From assembly GCA_035444565.1 (NCBI GenBank), contig DAOMOX010000002.1:8013-72012 (forward strand): a stretch of DNA of 64,000 nt, read 5' to 3'. The notes under the pieces were generated by a model. That model saw only the letters and a program-made list of their open reading frames with translations. It ran no database searches and was not told the origin of the DNA. Below, piece after piece: positions 8,403-18,200 of this stretch. The DNA comes from Candidatus Dojkabacteria bacterium. Its GTDB lineage: Bacteria; Patescibacteriota; Dojkabacteria; B142; OLB20. Made by a program: the position numbers and the translations under genes. The number at the start of each line of letters is the position of its first letter. Positions within the stretch are counted from its first letter, which is position 1.

Positions 8403-10180
8403 TATTTTAAATTTAATACTTGTTTATCACGGCTCTTATCTCTATAGATAGTAAAGCCTTTTAATTTAAGACTAGCTGCTAATTTAAATGCCTCAATGAT
8501 GTCTTCTACTTTAGCACTTTCAGGCATGTTTATTGTTTTCGTGACGGCGTTATCCGTATGTTTTTGGAACGCTGCTTGAGTCCTGATATGCCATTCTGGC
8601 GTAATATCTCCTGCAGAGACAAATATTTTCTTGAGTTTATCAGGGACTTCTTTAATATCTTTGACACTTCCCTTTCGTGCAACTTCTTGCATGATTTCAT
8701 CTGAATAAACCCATTCCTTTTTCAATGCTTTTTCTAAGTACTTGTTCATATAAATTAGCTCCGAGTCACCGACTGTTTCCATATTCTTTCTAACATAAGC
8801 CATCGCAAAGAATGGTTCGATTCCACCGTTGCAATCTGCAACTAAGCTGGTAGTCCCAGTTGGAGCAATTGTTGTTACTGTAGAGTTTCTCATGTTCTTA
8901 TAGCCTTTCTTATCCCATCTCGATCCTTTGAAATTTCCAAAATCTCCTCTGATTTCTCCTAAATTTTGAGATGCTTCATGTCCTGTTTTCTTAATAAACT
9001 TCATCACTTTTTCAGCTAGTTCAAGAGCTTCTTCACTATCGTATTTCACACCTAATTCAACAAGCATATCAGCCCAGCCCATAACCCCTAAACCAATCTT
9101 CCTGTTTCCATATTTAACAATCTTTTCAATTTCAGGAAGTAAATGATTTGAAACTGTAATTGTGTTATCTAAGAATCTGATAGCAGTATTTATCACGAAT
9201 TCTATTCTTTTCCAATCAATTTTCTCCTCGGTAGGAATTGACAGGTTCTTTTTTGAATCAATAATGAATTTGTTCAAGACAATGGAGCCAAGATTACATG
9301 CCTCATACGGAAGTAATGGTTGTTCACCGCACTGGTTTGTAGCAGTCATTTTTCCCACATTTGGCGTGGGATTGTATCTATTAATTTCGTCAATAAAAAC
9401 GAACCCAGGTTCACCACTTCGATATATACTTTCCGCGATTTTAGTAAGTAATGCTTGTGGGTTTAAGGTTTTATAAACTTGATTTTTGAATTTCAAATCA
9501 AATGTTTTGCCATCGTTTAAAGACTTAACAAATTCGTCGGTGATTGATATCGAAATATTGAAATTTGTAAGTTGAGAATAATCTTCTTTCGCAGAAATGA
9601 ATTTCTCGATTTCCGGATGATCAATTCGTAAAATCCCCATGTGACCAGCATGTCTGACTGCTCCACGGTTTAGAATAACTTCTGATGAAAAATCGTACAA
9701 TCGCATAAACGAAATTGGTCCGCTAGCCTCCCTACCTGTTGATGTTACAACTTCATGTTCAGGTCTAATAGTCGAAAAATCATAACCGATTCCTGCACCT
9801 CTCCGATGGAGAACTACAGTATTGGCAAGAGTTGTATAAATTGATTCAAGACTATCTTCGATTGGCATTACATAACATGCTGCTACTAAGTCTTCTTTCC
9901 CTCTGTCTAAAAGTGACATACCTGATAGAAACTCCAGATTGGACTGTATTTCATAAAAATCGGCAATAATCTGCTCGAGTTGTTTCTTGGAGGGTTTTTT
10001 GTATCCTTCTTTTTTGTCAGAATTATCTGACTCGGCTCTAGATATGAAGTTTGAGACTCTTTCGAACATTTGGGAATGTGTTTCTAAAGGTTTTCCATTT
10101 TTATCAATTTTTAAATATCTCTTTTCTACTATAAACTTGGCGTTTTCTGTTAATTTGGGAGTTTTATTTTTCACAGTCAT
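8402..10180 (-). CDS. nrdJ: Class II ribonucleotide reductase catalytic subunit (third NrdJ paralog, 592 aa, no C-terminal extension)
   Basis: VAACYVMPIEDSLESIY, ATNQCGEQPL, YEACNLGSIVL, APTGT, and it ends KGFTIYRDKSRDKQVL exactly where domain 1 of the fused enzyme ends. Confidence 0.85.
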   Translation of the reverse strand: MTVKNKTPKLTENAKFIVEKRYLKIDKNGKPLETHSQMFERVSNFISRAESDNSDKKEGYKKPSKKQLEQIIADFYEIQSNLEFLSGMSLLDRGKEDLVAACYVMPIEDSLESIYTTLANTVVLHRRGAGIGYDFSTIRPEHEVVTSTGREASGPISFMRLYDFSSEVILNRGAVRHAGHMGILRIDHPEIEKFISAKEDYSQLTNFNISISITDEFVKSLNDGKTFDLKFKNQVYKTLNPQALLTKIAESIYRSGEPGFVFIDEINRYNPTPNVGKMTATNQCGEQPLLPYEACNLGSIVLNKFIIDSKKNLSIPTEEKIDWKRIEFVINTAIRFLDNTITVSNHLLPEIEKIVKYGNRKIGLGVMGWADMLVELGVKYDSEEALELAEKVMKFIKKTGHEASQNLGEIRGDFGNFKGSRWDKKGYKNMRNSTVTTIAPTGTTSLVADCNGGIEPFFAMAYVRKNMETVGDSELIYMNKYLEKALKKEWVYSDEIMQEVARKGSVKDIKEVPDKLKKIFVSAGDITPEWHIRTQAAFQKHTDNAVTKTINMPESAKVEDIIEAFKLAASLKLKGFTIYRDKSRDKQVLNLK

Positions 10181-10197
10181 AGTAATTTTTATGAAAT

Positions 10198-10671
10198 TTA
10201 TTTAGTTTTTAATTCTTTGATTGCTTGCTCGAAATCTTCAATGGTATTGAAATCTCGATAAACTGAAGCAAACAATAAGTATGCTATTGTGTCGAGCTTT
10301 TTTAATCTTGTTAATACCATCTGTCCGATTTCAGTACTTTTTACAATTGTTGTTTTACGATTGAGAAGTTTTAGTTCAATGTCATCAAGTAAGTCATCAA
10401 TTTGACTTTCTGTAAGATCGCGCTTCTTGACTGCCTTCATGATACCTTTTTTGAGTTTTTCTCGATCGAATTCTTCTACTTTCCCACTCCTTTTGTGAAC
10501 ATTTAAGCTGATTGTTTCCACACGCTCATATGTAGTAAAACGTTTCTTACAGTTCAAGCACTCTCTACGTCTCCTAGTTACACCGGATTCGTTATTGTCT
10601 CTCTTGTCGACAACTTTACTTACTACGCGATGACAGTACGGACAAATCATAATAAAATCATTATTGCGCAA
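10198..10671 (-). CDS. nrdR: Transcriptional repressor NrdR (the true start is probably the internal Met at nt 10650, MICPYCH...)
   Basis: Zinc ribbon CPYCH...CLNCKKRFTTYE and an ATP-cone (KRDLTESQIDDLLDDIE...LDTIAYLLFASVYRDF), collinear with bacterial NrdR. It lies directly upstream of nrdJ. Confidence 0.9.
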   Translation of the reverse strand: MRNNDFIMICPYCHRVVSKVVDKRDNNESGVTRRRRECLNCKKRFTTYERVETISLNVHKRSGKVEEFDREKLKKGIMKAVKKRDLTESQIDDLLDDIELKLLNRKTTIVKSTEIGQMVLTRLKKLDTIAYLLFASVYRDFNTIEDFEQAIKELKTK

Positions 10672-10704
10672 GGGAAATTAGAAAGCATGCCCCTTACTTT
10701 CAAA

Positions 10705-10751
10705 ACACAACAGCTTGTGTTGTCCAACTAGACTAACAACTATAACTTGTG
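10705..10751. promoter_or_regulatory. Candidate tandem NrdR boxes: box 1 ACACAAcagcTTGTGT (10705-10720, palindromic arms) and box 2 acaactataacttgtg (10736-10751), centres about 31 bp apart
   Basis: 16-bp ACAC....GTGT-type palindrome matching the NrdR-box shape. A second, weaker half-palindromic copy sits at the canonical roughly three-helical-turn spacing, 35-100 bp upstream of nrdR and the downstream RNR genes. Confidence 0.45.
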
Positions 10752-10820
10752 CTTGTCAAGCAAATTTACACTATTAAATGTAAAGAATTCGAAATGTTCT
10801 TTAGTGTGGCAAAGTTGAAC

Positions 10821-13415
10821 TCAATCCTCAATATTGTCCTGCAATTCCTTGATCTTAAGTAAAGCATCAAGTGGGGAAATTTCTTCAATTTTGATTTGTT
10901 TGATTTTTTCTTTTAATTCACTATCGTTTCCAGTACTAATAAAAGAGAGTTGATCTTGATAATCAATACTTTCTTCTGTGACTCTCTTCAATTGGTTTTC
11001 TTCAAGTTCTTCGAGAATATCATCTGCCCTTTGAATTACGCTATTTGGAATCCCAGAAATTTTGGCAACATATATTCCGTAGCTTCGATTAGTAAACCCC
11101 GGCAGAATTTTATGCATAAAAATTATTTTTTCACCCTGTTCATTTACTTCTACAAAATAATTCTTTACTCCAGGGAGTTTTTCTTCGAGGAGAATTAATT
11201 CGTGATAATGTGTGGCAAACAAAGTTCTAGCCTTGATTGTATTCACAATATGTTCTACTACAGCCCAAGCAATCGCAAGTCCATCGTAGGTACTAGTACC
11301 TCTTCCGATTTCATCAAGAATTATTAAAGATTTCTCAGTAGCGTTGTTCAATATGTTTGCTGTCTCAAGCATTTCAACCATAAAGGTGGATTCTCCCCCT
11401 GCAAGATTGTCTGCAGAACCAACTCTGGTAAAGATTCTGTCAGTTAAAACAATTTTGGCATAATCGGCTGGTACGAAACATCCGATTTGTGCCAAAATAA
11501 ACAAAATTGCAACTTGTCTAATATATGTTGATTTACCCGACATATTTGGTCCTGTGAGAATTACAAAATCAGTATTTCCTTGCTTAAAATAAACATCATT
11601 AGGGATAAACTGATCTTTTATTGATGACTCGACAACAATGTGACGAGAATTTTTAAACTCAGTTGTTTGACTGATGTCATCAGTGATCTCTGACCGAATC
11701 ATTTTCATTTCCAGAGATAACTTCGCAAAATTCACATAAACGTCAATTATTGAAATAGCCTTTGAATATGAAATTATCGAACTAATTCTATTTATAATCT
11801 TTTCCCGCAAATCTTCAAATATTTTATATTCAACCTCAGAGGCTTTTGACTGGGCTTCTAATACAATGACTTCCCATTTTTTCAACTCCTCTGTAATATA
11901 TCTTTCAGCATTAACTAGTGTTTGTTTTCGTATGTAGTTATCTGGTGCCTTCTGTGAATTTGATTTGCTGATTTCAATGTAATATCCGAATACTTGATTA
12001 AAGCCAACCTTTAAGCTAGAGATTCCAGTTTTTTGTTTTTCAGAAGCTTCAAGATTTTTTATGTAATCTCTTCCATTTTTTGCTTCTATGTTAATTTTAT
12101 CAAGCTCAACGTCATATCCTTCCTTGATAATATTTCCCTCTGTAATGGTTATTGCCGGCTCTTCTTTAATAGAGTTATCTATCAGGTCAACTATAAATTT
12201 TATTTCTGAATATATATTCTCGTCAGGAAGATTTTTCTGGAATATTTTTAATTCGCTATTTTTAATTTTGGTGTAAAGACTATTCGCATTGTGAAGACTA
12301 TTCTTAAAGTAGATTAAATCTCTAGCGTTTATTGCTCCCGTAGCTAATCTTGAAGTTAATCTTTCTACATCAACAATTTCATCAAGATCTGATATCAATT
12401 TCTCTAATAGTTCTCTGTTTTCAATTAATTCGCTCACATTATCGTATCTTTTCTCTATTTGTTGCTTATCTTTGAGAGGTCTAAGCAACCAATTGCGCAA
12501 AAGTCTCTGTCCCATCGCTGTCCTACAGTGATTAATTGTATTGAACAAAGAATTTTCATTATTTCCCCTCAAAGAGTAAAACAACTCCAAACTATTTATC
12601 GTGGTTTGGTCTAGGTTAATATAGTCGCTGTTCTGTTGAAGTGTGATGGTTTTTATATGTTTAAGTTCTGTTTTTTGTGTATTCTCAAGATATTTATATA
12701 GAACGCCAGCACTTGTGACTCCAACTAAATATTTCTCAATTCCGAAGGACTTAAAGGAAGAAATATTCATCTTTTCGAGTAGTAGCCTCGAACTCTTTTG
12801 AAAATCAAATTCGTAATTATCTAGATGTTGTATGGAAAACTTTGAAAGAAGAGAACGGATTGGTTCGAACTGACTTCTATTCACAATTAATTCTGCCGGT
12901 CTTATCCTGTATAACTCTTGAATTAAATCATTTGGTAATTGATTCTCCCTTGATGAATACTCATTTATTTTAAATTCACCTGTACTTAAATCACTATAGG
13001 CTAACCCCCATTTTTTTGATCTTTTCTCGTAGTAGATAACTGCTATGTAGTTATTCTCATATTCACGTAATAGATTTTCATCAAGAATTGTTCCTGCAGT
13101 AATTACTTTAACAACATCTCTTTTTACTAGCTTGCCGGTTGTTGCTGGTTCAAGTTGATCTGCTAGCGCAACTTTATTCCCATTTTTAATTAACTTGGGT
13201 AAATATTGCTTGAGAGCATGATGAGGAATACCAGCCATTGGGATCCTATTCTCAGCCTTACCGCGACCTGTTAAAGTAATTCCCAACACCTTTGAAATTG
13301 TTTTGGCGTCTTCATCAAAAGCCTCATAAAAATCTCCCAATCTAAACAAAAGGATACAATCCGGGTATTTATCCTTCAAGTTGAGGTATTGTGAATACAT
13401 CGGGGTGTCTGCCAT
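10821..13415 (-). CDS. mutS: DNA mismatch repair protein MutS
   Basis: N-terminal mismatch-binding domain (GDFYEAFDEDA), the full domain architecture, Walker A GPNMSGKST, DEIGRGTSTYDGLAIAWA, FATHYHEL. 864 aa; the stop is TGA. Confidence 0.95.
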   Translation of the reverse strand: MADTPMYSQYLNLKDKYPDCILLFRLGDFYEAFDEDAKTISKVLGITLTGRGKAENRIPMAGIPHHALKQYLPKLIKNGNKVALADQLEPATTGKLVKRDVVKVITAGTILDENLLREYENNYIAVIYYEKRSKKWGLAYSDLSTGEFKINEYSSRENQLPNDLIQELYRIRPAELIVNRSQFEPIRSLLSKFSIQHLDNYEFDFQKSSRLLLEKMNISSFKSFGIEKYLVGVTSAGVLYKYLENTQKTELKHIKTITLQQNSDYINLDQTTINSLELFYSLRGNNENSLFNTINHCRTAMGQRLLRNWLLRPLKDKQQIEKRYDNVSELIENRELLEKLISDLDEIVDVERLTSRLATGAINARDLIYFKNSLHNANSLYTKIKNSELKIFQKNLPDENIYSEIKFIVDLIDNSIKEEPAITITEGNIIKEGYDVELDKINIEAKNGRDYIKNLEASEKQKTGISSLKVGFNQVFGYYIEISKSNSQKAPDNYIRKQTLVNAERYITEELKKWEVIVLEAQSKASEVEYKIFEDLREKIINRISSIISYSKAISIIDVYVNFAKLSLEMKMIRSEITDDISQTTEFKNSRHIVVESSIKDQFIPNDVYFKQGNTDFVILTGPNMSGKSTYIRQVAILFILAQIGCFVPADYAKIVLTDRIFTRVGSADNLAGGESTFMVEMLETANILNNATEKSLIILDEIGRGTSTYDGLAIAWAVVEHIVNTIKARTLFATHYHELILLEEKLPGVKNYFVEVNEQGEKIIFMHKILPGFTNRSYGIYVAKISGIPNSVIQRADDILEELEENQLKRVTEESIDYQDQLSFISTGNDSELKEKIKQIKIEEISPLDALLKIKELQDNIED

Positions 13416-13457
13416 CGTGAAAGTAAGTGAAAGCCTATTTTATCACAATACAGTTTG

Positions 13458-13492
13458 CATAAAAAAACCCCTCCGTCGAATTGAGGGAGGGG
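13458..13492 (-). terminator. Rho-independent terminator downstream of the 401-aa secreted-protein gene (CCCCTCC...GGAGGGG stem followed by a T-run on the minus strand)
   Basis: Plus strand reads aaaaaaacccctccgtcgaattgagggaggggtt. On the minus strand this is a GC-rich hairpin followed by TTTTTTT. Confidence 0.6.
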
Positions 13493-13515
13493 TTAATCTA
13501 ATCTTTTAACATTTC

Positions 13516-14721
13516 TTAACCTTCTTTAGCACATGTTACAACTTCGACTAATGAGTAATGTGATTGATTACACTTTCGAAGACTTGAGTTCTTGACACAT
13601 GTGTCGAATTCAGCCTTTGTGTAATTTAAGTCACTTCTTAGTGAAATGCTATCGTATTTTCCTTCGAGATTTAGATAGGTAACACTACTTGGTACTCCAT
13701 CATTTACTTCAGGTGTTATATTTTTTCTACAGTATTTGAATTTACTGTATTCTGCTTTTGGATCATTAATATCCAATAGATTTACTCCATCATCCCATGT
13801 CTTGGTATTTCCAAGATCTTCACATACAGATGTCTGTGTTTTGGTTGCTGAACTTTGAAGATCATTGTATTTGATACTCACTGTATGATTCTCATTGTTC
13901 TGAACCTTAGGATTGAAAGCATTTCCAATTTGTGGATTTGTTTCTGTAGCTCCAGTCCAACCCCACATTGTTCTTACTGCAATAGGGTATTTCTTTGCAA
14001 CTGCACTTAAGTTTACCGTACCAAGATCAAAGCTTCTTTGGTTTGCCTTTGATGCTACGAATTCACCTGAGTACAACTTCTGTGTTGTCCATTGAGTACA
14101 AACTAATGGTTTGTTAGTTGGTGTAGGTGTCGCACTTGGTCTAGGTGTTGCGGTTGCTGTTGGTCTTGGTGTAGCTGTAGCCGTTGGAATTGTAGGTGGA
14201 GTTGCCGTAGGTCTTGGTGTAGATGTTGCAGTTGGAGTTGCAGGTGAACATTTCTGATCAAATTGTGTCTTTAGAATACTTAAGTTTGCATCATTAAATG
14301 GTCCTCTTACTCCATTCAGCTGGCAGTAGTCATTGTCTATTTCATAATGGCAATAATTCCATGCATCTGCTGAGTATTGGACATAAAAATCATTGGCTTG
14401 CGCTCCATCCCACTGTATCACTGAGCACCTTGTATCTACGGGATTTGGAACCTGCGCATTATTAAGAGTGACAGCTGGTCCAATTTCTACACGACCCAAC
14501 CCGCCAAGATAACCACCTACCGCAGTATTACAAGTCTTAAGTGGATTCTGATTCAACTCAGATCTTGTGATTCTACAATAATCAGCACTTCCATTTATTC
14601 CTAGAATTCCATTATCTAAAGCAATAGAAGTTTCGGTATTACTGGGCAATACCATTGCAGAAATCATAGTTATCACTATGAATGCCACTAATGTAGTGTA
14701 TCCTATTAAAAGGTTTTTCAT
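13516..14721 (-). CDS. Secreted/membrane-anchored protein: N-terminal signal anchor, six-Cys N-domain, Pro/Thr-rich linker and a Cys-containing C-terminal domain; paralog of the N-domain of the ORF at 57592-59040
   Basis: MKNLLIGYTTLVAFIVITMISAMVLPS is a hydrophobic N-terminus. DYCRITRSELNQNPLKTCN...DTRCSVIQWD...NYCHYEIDNDYCQLNG...FDQKCSP aligns with the 482-aa protein. The linker is TPTATSTPRPTATPPTIPTATATPRPTATATPRPSATPTPT. Confidence 0.6.
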   Translation of the reverse strand: MKNLLIGYTTLVAFIVITMISAMVLPSNTETSIALDNGILGINGSADYCRITRSELNQNPLKTCNTAVGGYLGGLGRVEIGPAVTLNNAQVPNPVDTRCSVIQWDGAQANDFYVQYSADAWNYCHYEIDNDYCQLNGVRGPFNDANLSILKTQFDQKCSPATPTATSTPRPTATPPTIPTATATPRPTATATPRPSATPTPTNKPLVCTQWTTQKLYSGEFVASKANQRSFDLGTVNLSAVAKKYPIAVRTMWGWTGATETNPQIGNAFNPKVQNNENHTVSIKYNDLQSSATKTQTSVCEDLGNTKTWDDGVNLLDINDPKAEYSKFKYCRKNITPEVNDGVPSSVTYLNLEGKYDSISLRSDLNYTKAEFDTCVKNSSLRKCNQSHYSLVEVVTCAKEG

Positions 14722-14874
14722 TAGTAAATAAATAAAATATAAAATATAAATAGAGATTATTCTCTATAATCATTATATCATTCAATTCAAAACTCATGTT
14801 GTAAAAAAACTTTTTTATATTTGTACTTATGATATTTCACAATTTAGGATATAATTAACATTATAGCAGTTAAT

Positions 14875-14938
14875 GCCGAGGTGGTGAAATGGCAGACCCC
14901 GCCAAACCTTCGGTTAAGGGGCAGGCACGCTCATTAAA
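14875..14938 (+). pseudogene. tRNA-Leu-like degenerate fragment A (5-prime acceptor strand plus a D-arm-like segment plus a GC hairpin; no anticodon or T arm)
   Basis: GCCGAGGTGGTGAAATGGCAGACCCCGCC... parallels the first 23 nt of the intact tRNA-Leu downstream, then diverges into a CCCC...GGGG hairpin. It is followed by an AT-rich spacer of about 30 nt. Confidence 0.4.
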
Positions 14939-14967
14939 TACAAAATACATTATAATTAGTAAATCAT

Positions 14968-15031
14968 GCCGAGGTGGCGAAATGGTAGACCCCGCCAAAC
15001 TTCGTTAGCGGGGCAAGCGCGCTCATTAAAA
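14968..15031 (+). pseudogene. tRNA-Leu-like degenerate fragment B (second copy of the roughly 93-bp fragment-plus-spacer unit)
   Basis: GCCGAGGTGGCGAAATGGTAGACCCCGCCAAACTTCGTTAGCGGGG..., same architecture as fragment A. The spacer tcattaaaatagaaaattcatctaaattagtaaaagat resembles the spacer preceding the intact tRNA. Confidence 0.4.
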
Positions 15032-15060
15032 TAGAAAATTCATCTAAATTAGTAAAAGAT

Positions 15061-15141
15061 GCCGGGATGGCGAAATGGTAGACGCGCTAGTCTTAGGAAC
15101 TAGTCCCTTCGGGGGTGGAGGTTCGAGTCCTCTTCCCGGCA
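15061..15141 (+). tRNA. tRNA-Leu (anticodon UAG), class II tRNA with a long variable arm
   Basis: Acceptor GCCGGGA/TCCCGGC with discriminator A. D-arm GCG-AAATGGTAGA-CGC. Anticodon stem CTAGT/ACTAG with loop CTTAGGA. Variable arm CCCTTCGGGGG. T-arm GGAGG-TTCGAGT-CCTCT. No encoded CCA. Confidence 0.85.
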
Positions 15142-15249
15142 TACTTAGTAAAACATAATTTTCTCCAAGTTTATTATTTTTAGGTTCTCCCTCTACGCCA
15201 AGGCTTCGAGGGATTAACCAGTTCTACGCCTCATACTTCGGCTAAATCT

Positions 15250-15273
15250 GGTTTAAGAGTCCTCTCCTCGGCA
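15250..15273 (+). pseudogene. Degenerate tRNA 3-prime-end fragment (T-loop plus 3-prime acceptor strand CCTCGGC-A) complementary to the GCCGAGG acceptor of fragments A and B
   Basis: GGTTTAAGAGTCCTCTCCTCGGCA versus the intact tRNA 3-prime end GGTTCGAGTCCTCTTCCCGGCA. The acceptor strand is the exact reverse complement of GCCGAGG. It lies 110 nt downstream of the intact tRNA, abutting the giant-gene operon. Confidence 0.35.
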
Positions 15274-15296
15274 ATAATATTATTATATGTGCCTAG

Positions 15297-18200
15297 CTAT
15301 TGGTAATACTCTAATAATAGTCTATATAATTTTATCGCTAACTCATAGTCATTATAGTCTAACAGGCCTTTTTCTTTAGCCAACTCGATTGTATCAGGTT
15401 CGACTACTCCTTCTTTACCTTGATATTTACCTTTTTTTCTATCATAACCGACATACGCAATTTTTTCTGAACCCGGCAATTTCATTAATGTTTTAGTCTC
15501 ATCTAATAGTGTTGTTAGATAAATTGGTGAATCGTTCTCCAAAGCTTTTGCGAGGAATAGTGCTATAACAGCCTGTTTTGTAGATTTATCAACCCCGTTT
15601 GATGCCTCATCTATAAACACCCATGTATCTGGATTCTCAGCCATTGCTTTGTAAATTCCTACTAATTTCCTTGCTTCCGTTTCGTATTGACTATAATTAT
15701 CACTCCCAATTGACCTGATTATCCTAGCGGCAATAGCTTTTGGTCTTTTCTTAAAATTCACATTTTCTCCTGGACAGTACCCAGATATTATAGTATGTGC
15801 AACCATAGCCGCTTCTGAAATTAGGGATGCTGACTTTCCTGCTTTTTGATTACCAATTTTTACCTGTGCAACTACATTTTCTCCTGAAAATTCTGGCGTT
15901 CCAACAGGGATATATTGATCACCTAATTCTTTTAATAAGTGAATATTGAACGAAGCACTATAACTGAGATGAGTATTTCCCGTGGAATCATAACTTGGTT
16001 TTGTAAATATCTTATTTCCCTTTAAACCGTTTTTAATTGTAAGCGCATAAAGAGCAGAAAGGTTTATACTATTTAGATGATCTATATTGCTAGAAATTCC
16101 TAGAATTGATTTTAGTTTATCTTTACCCAAATGTTCCTCTAAATCTAGAATGACAGGATTAAGATACTCTGAGAACACTTTTTCCGCTCTTTCTTTATCA
16201 TCACTTTCTTTTCTAGTTTTATCTTTGTTAAGCAATATTCTCAATACTTCAGATGAATCGGAAGTAAGTTTTTGGAGATCATCTCCACTTAAATGATTAT
16301 TTAAATTAAAGTTTAGCATCCTAGCTACATTAGGATATTTATCTTTAATTTTATAGTCATATCTTATGGCATCAGCCAACTTCATACTGAGAGAAACAAC
16401 ATTTTCTGGATTCACCAGTAATAAATCTTGTGTTTCAAGGCCAAAATCTTTCATTTGTTCCATAATCTCTTGTTCTCTTACTGAAATCCCAACAAAATCA
16501 TTACCCTCTGGTTTTGTCAAACTCAGTAAATATGAATACAACTCATACTTATCTATATAATCCATACTTCCAATACCCTGTAATGCGCGCTTTGCAAGTT
16601 TTACTCCATCGAGTCTTTCTGAAAAGTGTACAAGCCTATCTCTCAAAATATGCGAATCTTCTTGCAAAAAATCATCAATTCTTTTATGAATTTCTTCTTC
16701 GAAAAATTCGGGACCACTCGAAGATTGCTCTTTCAGGAATTCTGTAAATGCACTGGAAATCTCATTAGTATTAATTGATGAGCTATCTCGAAACATTGAA
16801 TCCATCATTATTGTGTATATATCTTTTAACTGTAGCTCATCAATTGTCTTCTCATCAAAGACTTCACTGGTAGGACTATACTCGACTTCCTGCAGTGGAG
16901 GGACAATTTCTTCGGTCCCAAACATGATTTGTTGTTTAAGTTCTTCAATCATTCTTGCAATATCTTCTGACACTCTACTACCTATTCTTTGATAAGTTTC
17001 AGGGCCAAAAGAGGAACTCATCCCCTCACGAGCTTCATGTGAGATTGGTATGATATTGACATGGTGCAATCCTGATTCTCCTAACAGATAGTCAAGTGCA
17101 CCTAATTCTTCAACATGATGCGAGGTCACAACGGTAGTTAATCCTGCTCTCTTTCTTTTCAGTAACTGAATATATTCAATCACTGAGGCTGCCAAATCAG
17201 TACCACCAGATAATAACTCGTCTGCGAAAAGAGTATCGGTATTTATTACTTCTACAAGTTCACTTATACTCTGATCTGCTAAGCTTTGGTTTGGATCTGG
17301 TACTTCGAAACCTACTCTATATATTCCATCCGTACTATTTCTTGTTGCGGAAAAAGGTCGGCTCACTTTAGCATTTGGAACCGATCTATTTCCTGGGAAA
17401 AGACTTTCGAACAATATCCTTAAAGCATAGGTTTTTCCCGAACCGGTAGGGCCACCTATTACAGTTGATGTTCCTTTCCCAAAGGCCATATTTAATAACC
17501 CACCTATTTGATAATTGGGAAGACAATTTCGTCTTGGAGTATTGGATAGTACACGACCTTCTAAGATTTCATATTCATCAGTACTTGGTTGAACATAAAC
17601 ACCAAGACTTTCTCTAAACCTTGGAATCCAATACATTCCTGCGAGCACTCCTACAAATTTATCTAGTCTTATATTATTGCTTGCAGAATCTAAGATGTTT
17701 TCTGGATTGTTAGTAGTACCCTTTAAGAAACCTAAAAGAGCACTTAACTCAGCACTTGCAGGATTTATGAATTCCTTAATAGTAACTCTTCCTGATTCTT
17801 GTTCAATACTTGAAATTTCCTCAAAGAGAATATCCAACTTTTCAAGAGCAGTAAGTGTTTGTTCATAACCTCCTTTTTCTTTGTATGTTGTGTAGTTATC
17901 GGCAGAGTAAAAACTTGGGATGAGCCTTTTAGCTCCAAAAACAGCATAATTCTCCAAAAGTTCTTTAGTTTCGGGGTCTGCTTTAGAAATAAAGTCTATT
18001 ATCACCTGAAAATCTTGATCGGTTAGATTAGCATAGTTTAAGAAATCACACAGATCTATTAATACCGATACTTCATATCTACCTTTAAATCCACTTTCTA
18101 AAGTGCTGCCCTCTACTCTATTTTCGGTGATGAAAGATTGAATTTCCCCTAAATATGAACTAGCAGAGTAAGTATTTTCTCCATCAACTGGGAATTTTCT

